Below are positions 57,487-64,000 of a DNA stretch of 64,000 bases, piece after piece. Made by a program: the position numbers and the translations under genes. The notes below the pieces were generated by a model. The model was not told the origin of the DNA. It made no database searches and saw only the letters and a list, made by a program, of their open reading frames with translations. This stretch comes from a virus. The stretch is taken from positions 98,470 to 162,469 of the IMG/VR virus record IMGVR_UViG_3300042549_004948; one strand, written 5' to 3'. Each line of letters opens with the position of its first letter. Position 1 is the stretch's first letter.

Positions 57487-57795
57487 CTATCTTGTTGCGT
57501 TTACTAGTTTGTATTCATTGATTATTGCTGAAAGATCTACTGGGATTCTTAGTTGCATTCCTGGTTCTGTATATAGAGAATCTCCTGGTAATGAATTAGC
57601 TGACGCTATTACCCACCAAAAGCTTGTGTCACCATAAAAATCAAAAGCTAATAGATCTAATCTGTCTCCTAATACTGTTATAACATAATTATCCTCATTA
57701 GACAATGGAATATCAGGATAGATATTATTTAAATAGTATTGGCTACCTGTTGCTTGAAGCTTTGTGACTTGTATATTTTGATATCTATAGTTCAT
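57487..57795 (-). CDS. LysM/gp53-like baseplate wedge protein
   Basis: GDRLDLLAFDFYGDTSFWWVIASAN...GMQLRIP. Confidence 0.85.
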   Translation of the reverse strand: MNYRYQNIQVTKLQATGSQYYLNNIYPDIPLSNEDNYVITVLGDRLDLLAFDFYGDTSFWWVIASANSLPGDSLYTEPGMQLRIPVDLSAIINEYKLVNATR

Positions 57796-57796
57796 T

Positions 57797-59641
57797 TTAT
57801 ATTCTTATTCCAGGTGTTGTAGTTGTAAACGACTGTAAATCTTGCCTCTGCCTCTCTTCTAAAATTGCCTCTTCATTTGCCTGTTCTACAGCTCTTCTTT
57901 CAGATACACTATTTTCAGTTACGCTAAATGCAGTTCTATTTGCATCTACTCTCCTTATAAAGTCTTGAGGAATATTTGCTATTAAAGCTGTCGAGTTTGA
58001 TTGCGCTATTTCTTCATTTGTAGTTATCTCAGTATCTGCAACTACAGGGTCTCTAAAAGTTGAAGTAGTTGATCTTATATCTCCTACTGAACTTCTCTTA
58101 GGTAGTATGTCAAATACAGGTTTAAATGAAATAGAAATGTCTATTACTTGAGGAAGTTGCGCAATATCTCCTGTTTGACTCTTTTCTAAATTAATTTCCC
58201 AAGGATAGTTATTATCGACTGTTATATTAACGCTTTCTAAAAATCCAGGAACTCTATAGAAATAGTCACCTATAGTTAATCTTACTATAGGAGCTCTCAT
58301 AATTCCTTGATTAGGGCTATAATCAGGATATACTTGACTAACTAAATTATTAACCCTATTATACATAGGTTTTAATTCTTCTTTAGATCCTGCATAAACT
58401 CTGAACGAAAAAGATACACTTCTATCAAATCCTTGGTATACATAAAAATTCTCACCTCTACCCATATATTTGAAAGCATTCCATTGAGCAGAATTATTAT
58501 CAGTTATTCCTGCTGTTAAAAAAGCTCTAAAGAATATGGCCGTTGAATAACTTGGATCATCATTTGAAATAGCTTCAAATACAAACTTAATTAAATCGTC
58601 TGTTTTACCATCGTTAATTTCCCATGGAGCTACATCATTTTTAAATACAAAAGGATATAGTTGATTAAGTTTATCTTTTTTATTAACAAAAAATCTATAA
58701 TCTGTAGATTGCTCTTTATTCCATGCATTAGGAAAAATGACTGAGTTTGCTGATTGATTAATTTTTGCTCTAAAATCTTGGATATTTGTAGTAGCTACTC
58801 CGTCTGTAATATTATTTACATTTTGAGACAATAATAGATTATATGTCATTGCATTTCTAGAACTTAATCTAGTCGTGTCAACTGATCTTCTAATAGTTGT
58901 AGTTCCTATACCATAAACAGAACCAGGACCTCCTAGATATTGAAATATCAAGTTTCTATTTAATGATATTCCTAAAGTATTAACTAAGTTTATATCTGGG
59001 ATATTTTCTGTGTTTACAATAGGACTTGTTCCTGTGGACATCTTAAGAGAATTCAGCAAGAGAAGCCTATTAGTAGCTTTCTCATTATCTACATTCTGCT
59101 TATTAACTATGTCGTAATATGTTTTTTGAAAAGGATTAAAAGGAACTAGACCATGCCTAATAGCGTGAGTCCCTGTTCCAGAAGCACCTACTTGAGCTAA
59201 TGTATTTATTCCTCTATTATAAACTCTTGTATTTTCTAATAGGCCGGGTATAGAAAAACCTTGAGGAATTCCTGATAAGGTATTTCCTGTTTCTATTTTT
59301 GGGTTACTTAATTGAAGGCCAATTTGTTTTTGTATAAATGCTGTGCCTCTAGGCTTATCTTCAAAAAATTTCTTAATTCTAGTTCTATCTACTTTTCCTG
59401 ATAGAGTAAAAGTTTGAGTTCCTATATCAAATGTAAGTTCACCTCCTCTAATAGGATAGTCAACATTTCCAGTAGAACCAGGTCTGAATATAGGATTAGT
59501 ATTGCCAGTTAACGAGCCTATAGAGTTGCCCGTATTAGGCATAATAGTTTGGATATAAGGAAGACCTGATGAACCATAACCTAGTTGATCTCCTTGATAT
59601 CTTAAACTCTTAAGGCTTGTTTTTAAATTTATTAATGGCAT
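57797..59641 (-). CDS. baseplate/tail-tube initiator protein
   Basis: FRAFL, YMGRGENFYVYQGFDRSVSFSF, PIVRLTIGD; lies between TMP and LysM genes. Confidence 0.65.
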   Translation of the reverse strand: MPLINLKTSLKSLRYQGDQLGYGSSGLPYIQTIMPNTGNSIGSLTGNTNPIFRPGSTGNVDYPIRGGELTFDIGTQTFTLSGKVDRTRIKKFFEDKPRGTAFIQKQIGLQLSNPKIETGNTLSGIPQGFSIPGLLENTRVYNRGINTLAQVGASGTGTHAIRHGLVPFNPFQKTYYDIVNKQNVDNEKATNRLLLLNSLKMSTGTSPIVNTENIPDINLVNTLGISLNRNLIFQYLGGPGSVYGIGTTTIRRSVDTTRLSSRNAMTYNLLLSQNVNNITDGVATTNIQDFRAKINQSANSVIFPNAWNKEQSTDYRFFVNKKDKLNQLYPFVFKNDVAPWEINDGKTDDLIKFVFEAISNDDPSYSTAIFFRAFLTAGITDNNSAQWNAFKYMGRGENFYVYQGFDRSVSFSFRVYAGSKEELKPMYNRVNNLVSQVYPDYSPNQGIMRAPIVRLTIGDYFYRVPGFLESVNITVDNNYPWEINLEKSQTGDIAQLPQVIDISISFKPVFDILPKRSSVGDIRSTTSTFRDPVVADTEITTNEEIAQSNSTALIANIPQDFIRRVDANRTAFSVTENSVSERRAVEQANEEAILEERQRQDLQSFTTTTPGIRI

Positions 59642-59654
59642 TTAGATTAATTTA

Positions 59655-61907
59655 TTACTTCGTTTGTTTTTCAGCGAATCCACCCATGCTATAGTGACTT
59701 TCCGCGTCAGCACTTGACTGCACAATATTTGCTTTAACACTTATATTTAAAGATTGTGGACCTTTCATCATATTATTATCAGATGCTGCTGGGGCTGGTT
59801 GTGGCGTTCCATTAGATTTTACTGCAGAATTAACCGCATTATCTTTTACAGATACTGTTTCCATATTACCACCTAAGCCTCTTATTTTTTGAGGTGCTGA
59901 TTTTGCAAAGGCCTCAAATTTACGTTCAAGATTTTCATCAATTGCACCAAAAGTTACAAAATCTAAAACATCAATTATTCCATTAGTAATAGTAAGAGCT
60001 ATTTCAGCTATACTAGCAAATACATCTCTGATCTTTACAATAACTGAGCTAATATTTTCAGGTTTAGATATATACTCAATAAAACTTTCTATCTTATCTA
60101 TAATACCACTGCTCTCTACAAAATCTGCTATTGACTGCTTTATTTTTTCTATAAATGCCGCTATTTTTTCTTGAGCAGATGCATTAATTAAGTTTTGATA
60201 TGCTTCTTCGCCAATTGCCGCTGTTAATTCTTTTTGATTTTTATACCTTGCTAGACCTAGTTGTAATTGTTGTTTTGCGCTGTCTCCTTGTTTAGCACCT
60301 AAAGTAGAAAGTAGTTCTTGCTGTTTAAGCATCTCTCCCATTTGGTCTCTAGACATGCCAAATGCTGAGGCTAGGGATTCTGCTTGTATACGATTTAATT
60401 TCAAAAAGTCATTAGCAGATCCTACTTGGCTTGTTATTTCTTGTGCGGCTGTTGCTAAATCATTATTTAAGAAAGCTTCACGAGCTTTATTTAAATTAAT
60501 TTCTTTTCCTGTTAATAATTGTGCTTCAAATTCTTTTGATATAGAAGACTCAAAATCTAAGAATGAATCTGCAATTGAATCTAATTGCTTTAATTCCATT
60601 CCCATCGCTTTAACAGTAACAAGCGATTTAGTTAACTGAGCAGGATATTTTGCAAATGATAAACCTAGATAGCCTCCTAAATTAGAAGCTTCTTTTAATA
60701 TTTTTTGATATTGAAAACTAACACCTGTTGCTTGTTTTAATCCAACTACTTGAGCCAATACTGATTTAGTTACGATATCAGAGTTTTGCCCTGTTATAGT
60801 TGCCGTTTCTGCTATACTTTTTCTTGTTTCTAAATCAAGACCTGCTATATCTTTTAGCTTAATATTAGTTGCTAATTGTTCGTTAGTTAATCTATTTGTA
60901 ACTCCTAAAGCATCAACTAATTCCATCTGAGATTCAACCATTTTCTGGCTGTTGATAAATAAATCTCCTGAGGATACACTCAAGCTTGCAAAGTCCATTT
61001 TAATTGCTCTAGCTTCACCTGTTGAAAGGTTCATAGCTCTAGCAAACTTCACTGTTTGATCTTGAATACCTAATATGTAATCAAACGCAGCTTTTAATCC
61101 ATTAATTAAAGCCCCTCCCATTCCTAATAAAGCCACGGGATCTGTTAATGAAGAGAACGCAGATTTCATAATAGAACCTAAACCTGTAAAAGCAACCTGT
61201 AATCCTCCGGTTAGTTTAGAGAACGTCCTTCCTAAGAAGTTCATCTTCTCTTGTTCTTTAACTAAATTTCTAGCTCTAAATGCCATTGCTTCATATGCCT
61301 GTTCACCAACTCCTAATTTATCAGCAAAAATCTTTGCAAGATTTCCTGTGATTCCCATTTGCTTAGAAACCTTCTTTTCATTTTCTAGTATACTAACACC
61401 TGTTTTAGTTTCCTCTTTTGCAATGTCCGCAGATACCTTTGCGTATTCTAGATTTTGAAGTTCTATATTAGCCTCTCTTATAAGAGCATTTTCTTGTAAT
61501 TTTTTATTTACTAAATTTATCTGAGATTGTGTGGTAGCTTTTGATAATAATTTATTTAATTTATCCTGCTCTTTTAATAAGTCTCTACTTTCTGCTGAAA
61601 GTCCTTCTTGTAAATCTAATACTTTTTGTTTACTTATATACTCTTTTTGAGTTAGTCTAGCTAATTCTTGTTGTACTTGTTTAACATTTATTGATCCTTT
61701 ATTAAGAGATTCTATTTTAGCAGATATTCTAGTATATGCCTTTTGCATACTATCTAGATCTCTCAAAGAAGACTTAAGTAAATTATTATAATCTCCTTGA
61801 TCATCTATAAGTTCTCTTAATGCTTGTTTTGCATCTAGAATACTTTTTTTAGATTCTTGAGGATTTCCTGATAATCCAGGTCCTGTATTTTGATTTTCGT
61901 TGGCCAT
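59655..61907 (-). CDS. tape measure protein
   Basis: Long helical Ala/Gln/Leu-rich protein after the tail chaperones; LDFESSI..EFEAQLLTG. Confidence 0.75.
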   Translation of the reverse strand: MANENQNTGPGLSGNPQESKKSILDAKQALRELIDDQGDYNNLLKSSLRDLDSMQKAYTRISAKIESLNKGSINVKQVQQELARLTQKEYISKQKVLDLQEGLSAESRDLLKEQDKLNKLLSKATTQSQINLVNKKLQENALIREANIELQNLEYAKVSADIAKEETKTGVSILENEKKVSKQMGITGNLAKIFADKLGVGEQAYEAMAFRARNLVKEQEKMNFLGRTFSKLTGGLQVAFTGLGSIMKSAFSSLTDPVALLGMGGALINGLKAAFDYILGIQDQTVKFARAMNLSTGEARAIKMDFASLSVSSGDLFINSQKMVESQMELVDALGVTNRLTNEQLATNIKLKDIAGLDLETRKSIAETATITGQNSDIVTKSVLAQVVGLKQATGVSFQYQKILKEASNLGGYLGLSFAKYPAQLTKSLVTVKAMGMELKQLDSIADSFLDFESSISKEFEAQLLTGKEINLNKAREAFLNNDLATAAQEITSQVGSANDFLKLNRIQAESLASAFGMSRDQMGEMLKQQELLSTLGAKQGDSAKQQLQLGLARYKNQKELTAAIGEEAYQNLINASAQEKIAAFIEKIKQSIADFVESSGIIDKIESFIEYISKPENISSVIVKIRDVFASIAEIALTITNGIIDVLDFVTFGAIDENLERKFEAFAKSAPQKIRGLGGNMETVSVKDNAVNSAVKSNGTPQPAPAASDNNMMKGPQSLNISVKANIVQSSADAESHYSMGGFAEKQTK

Positions 61908-61934
61908 TATTTAGTATTACCTACGAATAAATAT

Positions 61935-62189
61935 TTACTTTTTCGTTTTTACTTTAGAAACGAAGGTCGATTCTTCTTTAGGCTTGGCAAAGTCAGGAAT
62001 TTTAATTTTACTAGGATCTGTCTTCTCTGTTATTTTTTGACTATTTTGATTTCTAACCTCTTCTACTTTTTCAAGATACTGATTAATCTTTCTTAGATTA
62101 AATCTCCTAGTAGTAACTGGCATGTTCCATACCTCGGACCAACTAAAGCCACCTCCGCCGTGATAAGTAAGCTCAAAGCACTCTGTCAT
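61935..62189 (-). CDS. tail assembly chaperone C-terminal ORF (probably reached by frameshift)
   Basis: GGFSWSEVWNMPV..RRF; lies in the +1 frame across the upstream stop. Confidence 0.7.
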   Translation of the reverse strand: MTECFELTYHGGGGFSWSEVWNMPVTTRRFNLRKINQYLEKVEEVRNQNSQKITEKTDPSKIKIPDFAKPKEESTFVSKVKTKK

Positions 62190-62193
62190 GAAT

Positions 62194-62226
62194 GCCGACC
62201 TGTAGTCGGCGTTAGGGAAAAAAGAA
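62194..62226 (-). other. predicted programmed +1 (or -2) ribosomal frameshift site
   Basis: TTC TTT TTT CCC TAA followed by hairpin GCCGAC-TACAG-GTCGGC. Confidence 0.7.
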
Positions 62227-62967
62227 CTCTGCGGTCATAGGTAATACTGTATTTACCTCTGTGCCATCTTTCATAGAAAATGAAATATTCATATCGATAT
62301 CCGGCGTTGTTCTTTCGATCTCTTTACGGAGTTCAATAGAATCTCTAGACAGTAGTGCCCCGGATTCAATAAAGTCTCTAATGGTTTTTGTAGAATATTC
62401 ACCATTTATAGATGTTATCTGATGTTTAAGTCTTGTGGAAATTCCTCCGGCATCTTGATTTAAATTCTTTTTTACGCCTTTTATTTCCTCGTCTATCTTT
62501 TTATCATCTGATACACTTAATACTTTGAATGTAACTACATTCTTAGTATATGGGAATGTAAACTCAAACTCGTTTTTATTGTTGAACTTAGACCAGTCTA
62601 ATTCTTTATATTTTAAAGTTTGAAGATCGATATCTACCCGCTCTTTTTCTCCTGTTGTTGGATTAGGATATTCGAAAGAATAGTCTTTACCATAAGCTAG
62701 AATCCTAGCCGCGATCAGTAAGCCATTCCTGTCACCTAAGGTTAGGTCTTCGTAATTGATTGGTGATTTTATTAGGCTCTTCAACATCTTCTCGATGGCG
62801 ATACCCTGGCGCAGCAGGTTAACGTTTGTGAGGATGTCTTCCTCTCTGGCTGTCATATACTTCATTTCAACTTGTCCTGAAGATAATGCGTTTTCTTTTG
62901 GGTAGATAAGGCCTTTACTTGGCAGGTCTATTAACTCTGTTGGTACTGTAAACTTTTGTTCTGACAT
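62212..62967 (-). CDS. T4 gp26-like baseplate hub assembly / tail chaperone protein
   Basis: LPSKG, MTAREEDIL, GDR..LLIAARILAYG; ends EFFFP. Confidence 0.75.
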   Translation of the reverse strand: MSEQKFTVPTELIDLPSKGLIYPKENALSSGQVEMKYMTAREEDILTNVNLLRQGIAIEKMLKSLIKSPINYEDLTLGDRNGLLIAARILAYGKDYSFEYPNPTTGEKERVDIDLQTLKYKELDWSKFNNKNEFEFTFPYTKNVVTFKVLSVSDDKKIDEEIKGVKKNLNQDAGGISTRLKHQITSINGEYSTKTIRDFIESGALLSRDSIELRKEIERTTPDIDMNISFSMKDGTEVNTVLPMTAEFFFP

Positions 62968-63124
62968 AAACTATTGTATTTTATATATAAATATAAGAAT
63001 AAGTAATTTTATAAAATAATTAAAAACTAGAGTAATAGAAAAAGGCCCCAAGAATGAGGCCCTTTTTAACTCCTATATTTACTTCTAAATATTGTATAAA
63101 TTGATAATTAAGTACTCAATACTA

Positions 63125-63610
63125 CTAGTAGTTGAGCACGCAATAATCCATTCCGATTGACAAAGTCAATTCAGTAGGATCAGATGTAGACCAGTCATAT
63201 GTTCCGAAAGTTGCTTCTTTAATGAAAGCGCCTTTGATAATCCACTCACTTACGATGTCACCTACAGGGCCTAAGATAGATAGGTTAAGATCTTTCTTAT
63301 AAAAATCAGAGTATCCATCACGACCTGTTACAGACTCATGGTGAAGACGAACCCACTCAATCACAGCTTGTTGGCCAGAAGGAGATACTGGGTTGTAAAG
63401 GCTTAAGCTCATGTCTCTCCATTCTGCTTTACCTTTGATCTTACGATAAACGTTGATGTGATCTAATTTGATTTCATTTAAAGTAACGCCAGGAGCGTCT
63501 GCTTTTTTAATCATATAAGATGGAATACCATCAATGTACATCACGAAGCGGTTTGATACTGTAGGTTCAAACGCCGTAAACATTATCTCATTCGGATCTA
63601 ATACTGGCAT
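63125..63610 (-). CDS. tail tube protein (T4 gp19-like)
   Basis: FEP..NRF, GKAEW, EWVR, YKKD, EWIIKGAF, MDY. Confidence 0.85.
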   Translation of the reverse strand: MPVLDPNEIMFTAFEPTVSNRFVMYIDGIPSYMIKKADAPGVTLNEIKLDHINVYRKIKGKAEWRDMSLSLYNPVSPSGQQAVIEWVRLHHESVTGRDGYSDFYKKDLNLSILGPVGDIVSEWIIKGAFIKEATFGTYDWSTSDPTELTLSIGMDYCVLNY

Positions 63611-63659
63611 TGTATTTCTAGTTTAATTTCTTACTTATAAATATTCGATAACGAATTTA

Positions 63660-64000
63660 TTATTTACCCATTGCAGTTTCAATAGAATCCGATGCTTTAG
63701 CAAATACCGCTTTCTTCTCTTCTGGAGATTTAGCTTTTTTCAAATCTTTAACTAGTGCAGTAACTAAAGTACCGCCTACTCCAAGAAGTGTAGCAAGGCC
63801 TGCGATAAAATTAGGATCCATAAAAGAGCCAATTTCGGCTTCTTCCATTTTGTTTGCTTCATCTTTACCTTGCATTTCTTGAATTTTCTTTTCAAGCTTA
63901 TCTTTAGCTGCTTTTAATTCGTCTAATGTACGAGTTTTCATTTCCATTTTATTATCTGTTTCTTCTATATTGTTTATTTCTTCTACTTTTTTAATCCCGT
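63660..64000 (-). CDS. hypothetical protein, partial (frame open to right edge)
   Basis: Upstream of 63947 the frame continues ...GIKKVEEINNIEETDNKMEMK with no stop. Confidence 0.6.
   Translation of the reverse strand, partial: GIKKVEEINNIEETDNKMEMKTRTLDELKAAKDKLEKKIQEMQGKDEANKMEEAEIGSFMDPNFIAGLATLLGVGGTLVTALVKDLKKAKSPEEKKAVFAKASDSIETAMGK

Noticed and set aside
555-62096. All plus-strand ORFs and short nested minus-strand ORFs in the track
   Set aside because: They are shadows of well-supported minus-strand genes and show no motifs
1-64000. Stop-codon recoding, introns or inteins
   Set aside because: Conserved genes (polA, nrdJ, helicase, groEL) are uninterrupted and of normal length in code 11; TAG acts as a stop; no suppressor tRNA was seen

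Overview
This is a 64 kb AT-rich segment of a large lytic myovirus-type (T4-superfamily-like, probably jumbo) phage. All credible genes lie on the minus strand and read in standard code 11. The host is most likely Bacteroidota, judged from TAnnTTTG promoter boxes, the lack of Shine-Dalgarno motifs, a TonB-dependent receptor, a T9SS-tail-like domain and D-S/T-x glycosylation motifs. Modules from left to right: (1) a sugar-nucleotide/glycosyltransferase island (1-9 kb); (2) an RNA island with tRNA-Leu, tRNA-Gln, tmRNA and a 156-nt tRNA-like RNA with a giant variable arm; (3) an envelope module with CsgG-like proteins, a beta-barrel, a TonB receptor plus lipoprotein, a cohesin/dockerin protein and a GH19 endolysin; (4) a DNA base-hypermodification cluster (dCMP-hydroxymethylase-type TS, dCMP deaminase, dUTPase, PLP enzyme, aGPT-Pplase1-like, SGNH-like) near a decayed thyA relic; (5) GroEL/GroES/Hsp20; (6) a free-standing GIY-YIG nuclease preceded by a kissing-loop RNA; (7) replication genes (two PolA homologues, NrdJ, helicase, RNase H, UvsX, gp32); (8) baseplate and tail genes with a predicted +1 programmed frameshift. 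The best candidates for undescribed biology are the hypermodification cluster, the kissing-loop/GIY-YIG element, the giant tRNA-like RNA, the envelope module and the inverted repeat enclosing hsp20. Protein calls come from motif recognition by eye, not database searches.
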